From the NCBI GenBank assembly GCA_007115995.1, contig SKJI01000007.1, positions 8,989 to 72,988 on the forward strand: a stretch of 64,000 nucleotides of DNA. The letters are read 5' to 3'. Shown piece by piece: positions 37,760-49,887 of this stretch. The stretch's first letter is position 1; each line of letters starts with the position of its first letter. The stretch comes from a candidate division SR1 bacterium (GTDB lineage: Bacteria; Patescibacteriota; Gracilibacteria; Absconditabacterales; Absconditicoccaceae). The position numbers were made by a program, and so were the translations under genes. The notes under the pieces were generated by a model. That model was not told the DNA's origin and searched no databases. It was given only the letters and a program-made list of their open reading frames with translations.

Positions 37760-38673
37760 TGACTATTCCTACGACATCTGTATGAGTACAACATAACGAC
37801 GAAAAAACCTATCTTTTTTACGATATTATGGATTATCCACTACCTCGTCAAAAAGAGTTTTTTGCGTATCGTGTTGGAAGTGAACCATGGTGACTCTGAT
37901 ATGTGCAGCTCCCTACACGATCACATGTAGATGAACAATTCGATGAGTATGTTGCATGGATCAATAAATGGAAGCATCTTTGGAAACACATACCGTTTAT
38001 CGAGGCAGTCTATGTTGCAAATAGTATGACATTCAATGCATTGAAGCCCTGATCTGATATTGATTTATTTATAGTGACAAACGTTAAGAGACTACGATGG
38101 TGAAGATTGTGTAGTGTAATAATTTATGCTTTATTGCGTCTCAAAAGAACAAAAAAAAACTTTACAATGAAATTTTGTTTGAGTTTCACTGTAGCACGTG
38201 ACGCGGTCAATTTACAAGAATTAAAACTCAATCCATATGATCCGTATTTGGTCTATTGGATAGCGCATTTAGTTCCTATTTATCAAGAGTTTGAAGACTA
38301 TCCGCTCAATATCTACAAAGAAAATAGTCGAATTCGTTTTTATCTTCCAAACCACCCGCTTGAGCAGGTGATCGATCTGTGAATCGATCCGGTAGTTGGT
38401 TGCTCATCGATAAGACGTACCTTTGAGAAACTATGGAGTGGCTTTGCAGGTGATCTGATTGAACGACTAATCAAGGTCTGTTGGTATCCAATCTTACTCT
38501 GGAAGCGCAAAAGACTCGGAGCAGTATGAAAAGATTGTATTATTTCAGATAAAATGCTCAAATTCCATTACGACAAAAGAAAACTTTATGCCTTAAAACG
38601 AAAATTAGCACAAAAAACAATGAAAAAAAATACTCATAATGAACAATGCGAGTGAGTGCATGAGACGCAATAA
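37759..38673 (+). CDS. Nucleotidyltransferase-domain-like protein
   Basis: The start overlaps the dnaN stop (TAATG). ANSMTFNALKP(G)SDIDLFIV resembles the G[SG]-x9-DxD motif of the pol-beta NTase fold. Confidence 0.45.
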
Positions 38674-38902
38674 ACGTTATTTCCTTTATTTATAAAGACA
38701 TATATAAAATATTGACATTAATTTATTTATACTAGATAACTATTGGTTATCAGTATAGTCCAAAAATCATTTGAGCATAGAGGACAAAAGTATATACATA
38801 AGGCAACAAACATATTCAATGCAATGACAAGTAAACATTTGAGTTTTATATGTCGATCAGTGTAATGAATATGATAGATTTATACGCTAACAAATATGCT
38901 TT

Positions 38903-40081
38903 ATGAATTCACTCCGTACCGTACTTGACATATGAAATGGATATGTCAAATGAGTAGTTTTTGGTTTAGAAAATAACCGTGTTGTTGTTCTTGCAAAAGA
39001 AATGGTCAAGACAAGAGGAATGCGCAAGTGAAAAATTCTTGATGTTGAAGACTTTGCAATGTGTATCAATGAACTCTTACAATCATTTGCAAAAAAACTT
39101 TGATGAGATTTTATTGAAGAAGTAGTGCTTGGTGTGTCACATCCAGAAACAGATATCAAAAGAGTTGCAGAACAAAAAAGAGTATTGAGTATGGAAATTG
39201 GTCATGATGATATTGCTCACCTTTCTGATGTAGTTGCTGAGTCAGCTTATAGACCAAACTATGAAGTTATTAAGATCATTCCAGTCGTGTGGTTGATAGA
39301 CGAAGAAACGAAATCAAAAGATCCAATCGGTATGGAAGCTAAGAAACTTGAACTTATAGCTGACGTATTTATGATACCAAAGAATTTTTATAATAATATC
39401 TTGGATGTGTTTGCGAGATTAGATTTGCAAGTAACTGATATTGTCCCAAATATTCTAGGTGCAGCAGAAGGTGTTTTAGACTTTGATCTTAAAGATCTTG
39501 GATCTGTGTTGATAGATATCGGAGCAAATCAAACTTCTTATGTGATTTATGAAGAATGATATCCATTGTTTTATGGAACGATCCCAGTTTGATGAGAAGA
39601 AGTAACAAAAGATATTTCAATCGGTTTGCAAGTAGATATCAAAGAAGCTGAAACAGTCAAAAGAGAAAAATGAATCATATTGAGTGATAATAGAACGATT
39701 GAAGATGAAGCTATTGATATTAGATTTTTGTCAGATATTATGATAGCAAGATATGAAGAAATTTTTGAGCTCATACAGCAAGATCTGATTAAACGTTGAA
39801 AAGATTGAAGATTACCATGATGAGTGTTACTTATTGGTGGTGCATCAAAAGTAGAAAATCTTCTTTGGCTAGCAAAAGATGTCTTTAAGTTAGCAAGTTT
39901 TGTTTGAGAAGAAAGAAATCTAGATCTCTGAGATTTATCACACAACCAACATTTCATTTCATTGTTATGAAACTATACGTGGTTCCAAAAATATGATATG
40001 TGACGTTCTAAATGATTCTCATTTAATCTGAACTTTGGTCTTGTCTCAAAAGTAAAAGACTTTTTTAAGCAGTTATTCTAA
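38903..40081 (+). CDS. ftsA: Cell division protein FtsA
   Basis: VLDI(G)NGYVK(G)VVF, R(G)MRK(G)KILDVE, VLIDIGANQTSYVIYEE(G), VL(L)IGGASKVENL. Confidence 0.9.
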
Positions 40082-40137
40082 TAGTAAACTATTCTCTTAT
40101 AATAGAGTATATTCTTTATTCTTAATTAATTTGTATA

Positions 40138-41325
40138 ATGATTGTAGAAGAATTTAACCCAGTAATGACACCTGGTGCAAAAGTAAAAGTAATTTGAATC
40201 TGATGAGCGTGATGAAACACTATCAACAGAATGGTCAAAGAGTGACTTGATAATGTAGAGTTTATTGCCGTCAATACTGATGCACAAGCGTTAGCTGGTT
40301 CACTTGCACATAAAACTGTTAATATTGGACTTAACCTCACTAAATGATTATGAGCTTGAGCTAATCCAGAAATTGGTAAAAAAGCAGCAGAGGAAAGTGT
40401 AGAAGATATCAAAGCGTTCTTGGCTGATGCTGATATGGCATTTATTACAGCAGGAATGTGATGATGAAGTTGAACAGGAGCATGACCAGTGATTGCAGAA
40501 ATTGCTAGAGAAATGTGAATTTTGACCGTATGAGTAGTCACCAAGCCATTTTCATTTGAATGAAAGAGAAGATTTGAGTTTGCACTGGAATGATTGGCTA
40601 AAATGAAAGCAGCAGTCGATACACTGATTGTGATACCAAATGACAAAATTTTCAATATTATCGACAAAAAAACAACCTTCAAGCAAGCATTCTCTATGAT
40701 TGATAAAATTTTATTCTTGTGAGTGCAATGAATTGCTGATTTGATAACAAAACCATGAGATATTAATATCGACTTTGCAGATATCAATATGATTATGAAA
40801 AATTCTGGTACTGCCTTACTTGGAATTGGATATGGAGAATGAGAAGATAGAGCAATTGATGCAGCAAGACGTGCAATCGATAATCCACTACTTGAAGCAA
40901 GTCTAGAAGGAGCTAAGAATATTATTTTTGCGGTAACATGAGGAGATGACTTGACACCTATGGAAGTGCAGGAAGCTGCAAGAGTAGTTGAAGAAATTGC
41001 TGATCCTGAAGCTATGATAGTATGGTGAATGACATTTGATGAAAGTTATGAGTGAGAAGTAAAAGTATCTATTATTGCAACATGATTCCCTGAGTCTGAA
41101 CAAGAATCAATGATCAAAAACGTCTGATCAAGATCATGAGCGTTATCAAGATTATGAACATCTAGGACGAGTTCAAGCAATACGACATGATGAAGTTTTA
41201 TTAAAAAAGCAATGGCAGAAGAAGGTGTTACATCAGCATCAGAAGCTACACAACCTGAACCAGTCAAAGAAGAAAGAGATTTTGAAACACCAGCATTTTT
41301 GAGAAAAAAATTATTGAACAATTAA
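40138..41325 (+). CDS. ftsZ: Cell division GTPase FtsZ
   Basis: VI(G)I(G)(G)A(G)(G)N (40192-40218), [10 protein letters not shown](G)(G)(G)S(G)TGA(G)P (40450-40488), VVTKPFSFE(G), IPNDK, and the C-terminal [11 protein letters not shown] tail. Confidence 0.95.
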
Positions 41326-41450
41326 GTAGATAGATATCGGAACGTTTTTGTATCAAGCATATAATACCGTGCAGAGAGAATATTGTGCTTTTCTTTCTCT
41401 GTAAAAAATACTACCTACAATTTTTCTTTTATATTGTTAAGTAATGAGTT

Positions 41451-41890
41451 ATGAATATGGATAAATTTGATAGTACATATGCATTCTTACTTCAAGATGT
41501 TCATTTGCAAGAGTGAGACTTTAATCCTGATTGTATTAAAAAAATACAGTGATTATTGAGGATATTAAAAATAATTTGCTTGAAAACGTTTGAAAAAATA
41601 ACCTTGATAAAATTTTAGGTTATCAACTTCTTAAAGCAATCAACCAAATCTTATCAAAAAAGATAAAAGATTTAAAAGATTGACCTGTTACATCCCATGT
41701 GTGCGAATTATCTCTTGATTTTTATTTGATTCGTGAACAATTAGAAAATGTTATGGAAGAATTGAGTATTCAAGAATCCCTTGTCCAAGTAAGACTAAAT
41801 TCACATAAGGACTTGAGTCCTGAACAAAAAAAATCGTTACAAAATCTTAGAGTAGAGGTATATAATATGATGCAGTGAGTTGATATGTAA
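41451..41890 (+). CDS. Hypothetical protein encoded in two overlapping frames (41451-41618 and 41549-41890) that join with a -1 shift at an A7 tract
   Basis: A7 at 41538-41544. Frame 0 stops at TAG 41616. Frame 2 is open from 41543 to TAA 41888. Unidentified coiled-coil-like sequence. Confidence 0.3.
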
Positions 41891-41937
41891 ACTATGCAAT
41901 GACATATTGAAAATATCTATGATTGACAGAAAGTATA

Positions 41938-42093
41938 AGGCATCTCTGAAAAATTACTTTTAAAACGACTATATACAATAATTATGTATCATTCTATTTA
42001 TAGGATTGTATGTAATATAGAGGTTCCTTGAGGAAGGTTTTCATGTAGGAAAAATTTTATTTCATTAAATTTTATCCTTTTTTCATACCTTCC
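41938..42093 (+). repeat. Copy 2 of the ~156-nt structured intergenic element
   Basis: aggcatctct / agaggttcct and ggaaggt / accttcc arms. Collinear with copy 1. Confidence 0.6.
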
Positions 42094-42151
42094 ATAAGAT
42101 TAGAATATATAAGCTTTAATAAAACATATTTACATAGTACTAATAAAAAAT

Positions 42152-42679
42152 ATGGAGAGTTTTTGGGATGATTTAAAACGAAATAAAGAAAACGTTGTAC
42201 AAGAGTTTTGAGACACAATAGAGTTACTGTGAGAAGTTTTTTGAAAAGACAAGTACTTATGCTTGCCTTGGTATCAAAAAATGAATACAATGCAATGCAA
42301 TATTGTAGACCTTTTTGATAAAAAAGAATATGAGAATAAAAATCTACGATATGACATAAAATATTTTCAGTGTTGTATAAGTGATTTTGTTCTCTTTCAT
42401 GAAAAATTTGTTCATAATATTAATATTTTCAATGATATTTTAAGTAAAAATGCAAAAGAAGACTGAATATATGATATAAACCGTCAAGCAGTATTTGACA
42501 TACTTTTACAGATATGTAAGGATGAGATAGTTTTAGATAATTGAAAAATCGATAAGATTGAATCTTTAATAGATGACGCTTTAGAGTTCTGATTAATTAA
42601 GAAGCAACAAATTAAAGAAGTAGCAAGACATGATTTGCTTGTTGCTATTGAATGTGATGAAATCTTATCTGAATATTAA
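42152..42679 (+). CDS. Hypothetical protein (175 aa)
   Basis: ATG 42152, TAA 42677-42679. Includes track ORF 42263... No homology recognised. Confidence 0.4.
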
Positions 42680-42752
42680 ATAATTGACTATATCTTGTTA
42701 TTCACACCAAAATCAATACACTGCAGTGAGTTTATACTGTAGCATTATATCC

Positions 42753-43001
42753 ATGCATCTAAAAATTACTGCACCTGATAGTCTCGTCTTTTCATGAGAG
42801 GTTACCAAAGTATCATTACCAACAGATTCGTGACAAATAGTTATTTTGCCGGATCATCATCCATTGGCAACAGTGATACTTCCCTGAAATGTAGAAGCAA
42901 CGCTACCAACATGATCAGAACATAACACCCAATCATTTGCTGTTGGTCGTGGACTTGCATACGTAGATGGCGACAATATTGTAGTAACAACGGCTTTATA
43001 A
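42753..43001 (+). CDS. atpC: F1 ATP synthase epsilon subunit, N-terminal beta-sandwich only (82 aa)
   Basis: MHLKITAPDSLVFS(G)EVTKVSLPTDS(G)QIVILPDHHPLATVILP(G)NVEA...VGRGLAYVDGDNIVVT. Confidence 0.65.
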
Positions 43002-43013
43002 TGATAACTACTC

Positions 43014-43958
43014 ATGCTTGCACAAGTGCTTAAACCGTGAGATACGATTGGAATAGTCTCTCCATCATATCCTGTAACAGAACAAAAAAAACACTATTTA
43101 CATCTCGCTGCAGAAAAGTTTGCCACACTATGATTGCATGTGGTATATAGTGAACATTGTTTTGCTACTGACGAGTATGGAGCCTCTGCATGAACACCAC
43201 AGCAAAGAGCAGATGATATTAATAATTTTTTTGCTGATCCAACTATCAATGCGATGTATTGTTCGCAGTGATGAAGTACTGCTATAGAGATTGTTTCATT
43301 GATAGACTATGAGAATATCAAACGTCATCCCAAGGTTTTTTTAGGTATGAGTGATATTGATCTCCTTCATTGTGCAATCTATACAAAGACGTGACTTGTA
43401 ACATTTCATTGATCTGATCCAAGGTCATGAAGAGGAATTGATTTGGATATCCCCTATACGTGGGAGCAGTTTCAAGCGAGAATGTTCCAAAAATCTCATC
43501 AGATTCCTGCTGCATCATTAAGAGCAACAATAAGACCATGAACTGCTCGTGGGACGTTACTTTGATGTAATCTGTCTACTCTGTTGAAACTTGCATGAAC
43601 ACAATACTGGCCTACGTTTGAGAATACAGTTCTCTGTTTAGAGTGATATTCTGTAAACATCAAAACAACACTGTACCAGCTTCAGCAACTCAAAGAAATA
43701 GGAGTATTTGAGCAGATTACCTGATTAGTGATAGGATATATTTACTGATTTCAAGATCCATATCGAAGAAAGGAAAATGCTATCACGCACGAATTTGAAG
43801 AGATAGTTGTTGCAAAAACTCGTGAATATTCTTTTCCGATTCTCAAAACAGACGATTTTGGTCATCATTCGCCAAATTGTTTTCTCCCGATTGGATCTCA
43901 AGTTTTTCTTGATGCTACAAATCAGCATATTGAAATTACTAGTGATTTTTTACTGTAG
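43014..43958 (+). CDS. LD-carboxypeptidase (peptidase S66, LdcA/MccF-like)
   Basis: LKP(G)DTIGIVSPS, QQRADDINNFFADPTINAMYCSQ(G)(G)S (a Gly-Gly-Ser nucleophile region), FLGMSDI, L(L)CLE(G)Y, DDFGHH. Confidence 0.8.
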
Positions 43959-43978
43959 TGTACCTCTTTGTATCCCCG

Positions 43979-44566
43979 ATGAGCATTGATAAGATAATAG
44001 TCTGTGGACCACCACTTGCATGAAAATCAACACTATCGCGTATGCTTGCTGAGCAGTTGTGACTTTCTCATATACCGGTTGATTGATTTGTAACGGCTTT
44101 TCAGCATGCTTTTCAAGAACTTGGTATACAACACGATAGCGTTGTTTCTCTCGACACATGGAAATCTGTTGCTTCGAGGTTATATCCATTTTTGTGTAAT
44201 TTTATTAAAGAGCTTGATGAACAAGCATCGTATTGATGATATGTGATTGAATGATTTCATATTGATGTAGAGCAGATAGTTAGAGATTTTCGTCATTCTC
44301 ATACTCTTGTAGTGGTATGATATCCGCAGATATCTTGAGAAGAAAAATTTACATTGACCAGAAAATATGATAGTGATAACTGGACAAATGATTGTAATGA
44401 TCAAGAATTACAGCAGCTTATTTGATTATTTATTGAGTTAAGTACATACTTTTCTAGAGTAGCATCTGATAATGCTCTCGATTGTATTGATACGAGTATC
44501 GAAAGAAATACTGCGCTACAAGTATGGATAGATAGCTATAAACAGCAGATTAGTAGTGCTGTATAA
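43979..44566 (+). CDS. P-loop NTPase / small-molecule kinase-like protein
   Basis: MSIDKIIVCGPPLA(G)KSTLSRMLAEQL(G)L. Track minus-strand ORFs 43950.. and 44180.. are antisense to it. Confidence 0.6.
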
Positions 44567-44572
44567 TGTTCT

Positions 44573-45157
44573 CTACCTCACTCTCGCTCACGTGCGATAC
44601 TCTATAATCGTTGAAGGAGATCAGAGACATGGTCATCAGTCGATAATGACAAGATCGAGATCACCAAACTGTTCAACTGCTTGGTGTGCTGTGGTAATAG
44701 GTTGTTGTCATGAGATGTTACATGAGGTGGTGATGATTGGTGCTCAGAGTGCAGTAACAAGTGCTTGTATTGGATGATCACCAAGATGTCTGCATCAAAT
44801 GACTGGACTGTCAGAGATAGCGTCCCATGGGAATGAGGACGTTTTTTTTACTGGTAGGAGAAGAGTCAGTGTGTTGGTATTATATGTCTGACTATAGTCT
44901 GACCAGAGTTGTTCGGATCTGGTTGAGAGCGATGTGTGTTCATCGATTCGTTCAAATGATGGTACAAGGATAGAAAAACGTTTTGATGCAGGACGTTGTT
45001 TTATGGTAGCTATACGCTGTGCAGTCTGTTTCGTGATAATTGATCAGATACCATAGACTGTATCAGTTGGATAGATAATTATCGTTTCTTGCTGGAGGAG
45101 TGAACAAAACACTCATGTGTCTTCTAAAAAATTTGTAAGATTGTGTATTGTATGCAT
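44573..45157 (-). CDS. tsaC: L-threonylcarbamoyladenylate synthase (YrdC/TsaC domain)
   Basis: IIIYPTDTVYGI(G)S, IKQRPASKRFSILV, APIITTSCNIS(G)QQP, VIID(G)(G)P..STIIEY. Confidence 0.8.
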
Positions 45158-45172
45158 TTTGTAGTGAGTATT

Positions 45173-45201
45173 TTGACAAATAAAGTATTGACGTGTATAC
45201 T
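45173..45201 (+). promoter_or_regulatory. Strong sigma70-like promoter candidate (TTGACA-N17-TATACT)
   Basis: ttgaca 45173-45178 and tatact 45196-45201, 34 nt before ATG 45235. Confidence 0.45.
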
Positions 45202-45234
45202 ATAGATAAGTTGTTCTTTTACTCAAGACATCAC

Positions 45235-48200
45235 ATGGTTGATACGATACGATGCAAAAATCAAATATGACTACTTCATCAGCAATATCCTTGATTGATC
45301 AATAGTTTTTCTCGTTTTACACAACAAGCATGGTGAGACTATAAGGAGTTTTGTTTGCATGATTTTTGATCGACTGTTGCGATTAGAACGTTTTTGTTAA
45401 ATCCTTGAGATTTTCAATTTGTGGCAACAAATCATCTATGAGAGCATGGGTCATGAGAACATGGAGCTGCTGATGAGCACTCAGTTGAGGGTGAAGAAGG
45501 GACTGTAATACTACAAGAATCGTCATGATCATTTAATGATTTTTGGGATTGACTGTGAGATAATATGTGATCATTTTTTTCTTTTGCCTTATGGTTTATT
45601 CTCTGAGCGATTATTACTATTTCATTATTTAAAGCTATCAAATACTTTTTGGTTTTGATGTATGATGTCTTTAATGCAAAGAGAATTGAATACTTCAAAG
45701 TAATCCAACCTAGATGAGACTCGAAACTTGATCGTGAAGTCCAAAGAGAACTTGCAAAAGATATGAAAGAAAAGATTTCCAGAATGGCTCAAGTCTATGC
45801 AAATGTTCATAAATTATGAGAATTGAGTGTTGTTGATGGTATTTTGAGGAGATTATTTAAAAAGCCCAAAATTACTTTTTTGTTACACTATGAAAAATGA
45901 AAAATAGAGTTTATCATCGGGACATATCCAGAATATAGAAAAATTGTAGAATCAGCGATAGCAGCGCAGTATTCAGATTCTTCATTACAAACGATTGAAA
46001 AACCTCATTTCTTCTCTCATCAATATAGCGATCTCATGCCACTTCAACCAATAAAAGAGTGAGTCTATCCAATTAGAATGTTTAGACAAATGGAAGATGA
46101 CCCGATTAATAATATTATCGATTCGATGGCCAAAATTCCTCAATCTGACACCTTTACAATGATGTTAACGGTAAGACCTGAAAGATGAGCTTTTAATCAA
46201 AGAGCACAAAAATTTGCAGATGCACTGTATAGAAAGGATGATTCTGTAACAAAATGAACAAGATTTTTTCAGTATTTGCTACCTTGGAACTTATTGAAAT
46301 TTCTCACAAGATGACCAAGTGAGGAGTTGGTACAAAGATTTACTGGTGACAAGACACGTTGAGATCCTATGATTCGTATGGTCAAGGCAGAAGAAGAAGC
46401 ACTCAATAATATGGCAGAAGAAGCTGGTAAGAAAGCATTTTATTCATGACTGATGCTTTTATCGAGTTCGCCACAACCAAAAAAAGCAAGAGAAAATATT
46501 TATAATTTGGTCAGTGCGTTTACTGTGTATAGTGATGAGTACAATAATGCATTAGATCAGCCAGAAGTGCTGTCTGATATTTTTGGCGTGATTGTGAAAC
46601 CATTATGGAGAGCAAGTATTACGTTTTTGATTCCGTGATTTTTTTATAAGAAAAACGTTTTTTCTGTGAGTGAACTTGCATCATTATTCCATCTCCCTGA
46701 TGGGATGTACAATCGTTCACCGGCAATTTCTTGGATGGATTACAAAATGCTAGCACCACCTGATAACTTACCGCTGCTCAAAGAAGAAAATCCTGATTTC
46801 TTTATGACATGAATTATTGCTGAATCGTACAAATGATGAAATATTTCCAAGATTTTATCTGACAAAATTCATCCAGCAGTGTGAATCAAAGAGGAAATAC
46901 ACGAAGAGAAAATTCCAGTCGATGCATCGTACGTCTTACAAGAGTGAGAAGAGTTGCGTGAGGAGGATGACTCGCTTTATGTGATACGCAAAACAACAAC
47001 AAAAAAAGCAGCACTCAAGATCTACAATGATTGAATCTTGTTATGATTGAACGTGTATAGGAATAAGTTTTCTCCGGTCTATATGAAGCAAAAAGATAGA
47101 ACGAGACATCACTATATTATTTGAAAATCGGGTACGTGAAAATCGGTCTTTATCGCTGCGCTTGCAAGACAGGATATCTGGGCAAATGCATGAGTCTGCG
47201 TTGTTGATCCGCATGGTGATTTGGTAGAGGGAATTTTGGAGTATGTACCAAAACATAGAGCAAAGGATGTGATATATTTCGATGCAGGAAATGCTGAGCG
47301 TCCAATGTGACTCAATCTGTATCAAGTAAAATCGTTTAATGAGGCAGATAGAGTCGTCAACGATGCTGTTGAAATTTTCATCAAGATGTTTGGTCCAGAG
47401 ATTTTTGGTCCGCGTATCCAAGAATATTTTAAGTATGGAAGTTTGACGTTGTTGGAGGATATGGAAGATAGAGCGACACTGATCGATGTGCCAAGGTTGT
47501 TTACTGATGAGTGATATAGAGAGTACAAAATTGCAAAAGTAAAAAATCCAGTGGTCAGAAACTTTTGGGACAAAACATATAACGCAATGGGTGATCGTGA
47601 GAAACAAGAAATTATTCCATATTTTACTTCGAAATTTGTCTCGTTTACCACAAACTGACTGATTAGAAACATTATCGGACAAACTGAATCAGCATTCAAT
47701 TTTAGGGATGTAATGGATAACTGAAAAATCTTATTGATTAACTTAAGTAAAGGTATGATTTGAGAGCTGAATGCACAGTTGTTATGAATGATTATCGTGT
47801 CCAAAGTGTATAATGCTGCTATGGGAAGAGCAGATATGGCAGAAAAAGATCGTAGATTCTTTTACTTATATGTGGATGAGTTCCAAAACTTTGTAACTGA
47901 TACGTTTGCAGATATTTTATCTGAAGCAAGAAAGTATAAGCTTTGTTTGATTATGGCACATCAGTATATTGCACAGCTTGATTGATCAGCATGAAACAAT
48001 ATCTGAGAGTGAAAGAGTAAAGTGAAGGATGCGGTATTTGGTAACGTTTGAACGATGCAATCATTTAAAGTCGGTGCCCCAGATGCAGAGTTTTTGGAAA
48101 AGGAATATGCTCCTGTGTTGAGTGCGCAAGATATTTTGTGAATTGCAAACTACAAAGCATATATAAAACTGAATATCAACAATACTACCTCAAGAGTATT

Positions 48201-48441
48201 TAGTCTCAATGCATTATGGACGCAGGATTATAAAAATGAAAGAGTTGCAGAGATTCTAAAACAATACTCAGAAAAGAAATACGGACGTAAGAGAGAGTTT
48301 GTCGATGCAGAAATTGCAGCCAGGTTGTGAATACTTGGTGATAATCATGAAATTCCCTGAGTAGATGACTTACAGCTTGAAAGTGATACTGCATGAGACA
48401 CAGAATCAGAGTCTGATTGAGATGAGAATCAATCAGAATAA
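45235..48441 (+). CDS. Large VirD4/TraD-type (type IV coupling protein-like) P-loop ATPase, paralog 1 (1068 aa)
   Basis: TM segment FFLLPYGLFL(G)AIITISLF, Walker A HHYII(G)KS(G)T(G)KSVF, VVDPHGDL, LLINLSK(G).., FFYLYVDEFQNFVTDTFADILSEARKYKLCLIMAHQYIAQL. Checked codon by codon over 46081-47160. An alternative later start (Met near 45565) is possible. Confidence 0.75.
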
Positions 48442-48477
48442 TAAAAAAAGTTCTTTTTATTATTTATCAATAGTATT

Positions 48478-48735
48478 ATGTCAATCAATACATTATGAAA
48501 TTATTTAGATGATTGAGAACCAAGAAATCCAGATCTCTATAGTGAAAGAGAAACACCAGAACAATGAAGTGAAAGAGAAACACCAGAACAATGAAGTGAA
48601 AGGGAAACACCAGAACAAGAAATGATAGAAGCTACTATAGCAGATGTTCAATGGGCATTAAGCAATCTAAAAGGTGAAATTCCTGGTTATGATCGTTATT
48701 GAAGGTTAGATAATATAGAATCACTTGATGCATAA
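48478..48735 (+). CDS. Small acidic protein with three SERETPEQ(G) repeats
   Basis: ATG 48478, TAA 48733-48735. Confidence 0.4.
48541..48621 (+). repeat. 27-nt tandem repeat, 3 units
   Basis: agtgaaagagaaacaccagaacaatga x2, then agtgaaagggaaacaccagaacaagaa. Confidence 0.9.
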
Positions 48736-48862
48736 ATATATAGTAGTGGAAACTCTTGTAGTGAATACTATTTCTACTGGAAATAGGATATAAGTAGAGT
48801 ATATTAGAACAAATCATGTGAGATGAGACATATCAATAAATACTTTATCGTAGGTTTATTGC

Positions 48863-49864
48863 ATGACTCCTTATTTGCGTGTAACGTTTTTAGCTTTTTC
48901 ACTCCTTGCTCATATGCAAGAAACCGTGTTGCCTGTAGATATTCTCACAGCAGTTGGAAATGATATACCAGTGATTAAACCACTATTCCAAGCGTTATCA
49001 GATCAAGATGTTTTTCCGCAGAGAATCGTAGTGTTATTGTATGCAGTCAAATCATATGAGGATCATCAGCATTATGAAAAGACGATGCGTGCATGGCTAG
49101 ATCCATCATTGCATCAATCGCTTGTCATTGTATCGTCTTTTACCAGCGATCATGAGCAGTGAAACTATCACGGATATGATAGACAATTTTTGTTGGAATG
49201 CGCAATGAGCCCATGGGTATTTTTTATTGATAGCGACAATAGTTTTGCTCCAAACTTTTTGCGTATAATGCAACATACATATCAGGATATTGCAGATCAG
49301 TATCAACGTCCATGTATTCTCTCACCAAGTATCTATTATGCTCAAACACAGACACTACAATCGCAATGAATCAGTTCGTTTTTTCGATGATTCCCGAAAT
49401 ATCAGTACAATACACTGACTGATCAACAGTATGCACCTGTTCAGATGATAGGGTGAAATTCGTTGTTTGGACCGACAGCACTGTTTCGCACCATATCGTT
49501 TGATCGTCGTTTTGCTTATTGTTATGAGGATGTCGACTATACATTTGGGTTGTATCGTGCATGATTTCCTGTGATAGTGCTGAGAGATATTCATATTTTT
49601 CATCACGATACAAGGCAATCACCACTCCAAAAGCGTTTTTTACATACACCACAAGCAACGCGATATAGAGCAAGAAATAGAATCATTTTTGCAAAAAAAC
49701 ATGCACACGGACGAGCAAGCGTTGCATATTTTGGTTTGGGTTTTTGGTTACAGACTTGTTTGTTTGTTGTACTTATTCTATACTACAAACGACGTCAACC
49801 AAGAACGATGCTCTCTTTACTTACTGCCTTGGTACGTGGTACACGAGCAGGACTGAGAGCGTAG
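48863..49864 (+). CDS. Family 2 glycosyltransferase with a C-terminal TM segment
   Basis: FFIDSDNSF (DxD), FAYCYEDVDY, RNRIIFAKKH. Track ORFs 48863.. and 49571.. share the frame. Confidence 0.7.
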
Positions 49865-49887
49865 GAGAGTTATTGATTATACATTTC

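Noticed and set aside
40122-40787. 221-aa minus-strand track ORF, the longest ORF in the track
   Set aside because: It is antisense to ftsZ. Its length arises because the reverse complement of the frequent TGA (TCA) and of GGN-poor, AT-rich codons rarely produces stops.
43950-44404. Minus-strand track ORFs 43950..44189 and 44180..44404
   Set aside because: The plus strand encodes a P-loop protein (GPPLAGKST) across the same interval when TGA is read as Gly.
47041-47804. Minus-strand track ORFs of 213 aa and 160 aa
   Set aside because: They are antisense to the VirD4/TraD-like ATPase gene, whose plus-strand frame carries Walker A and the DEFQNF/EARKY motifs.
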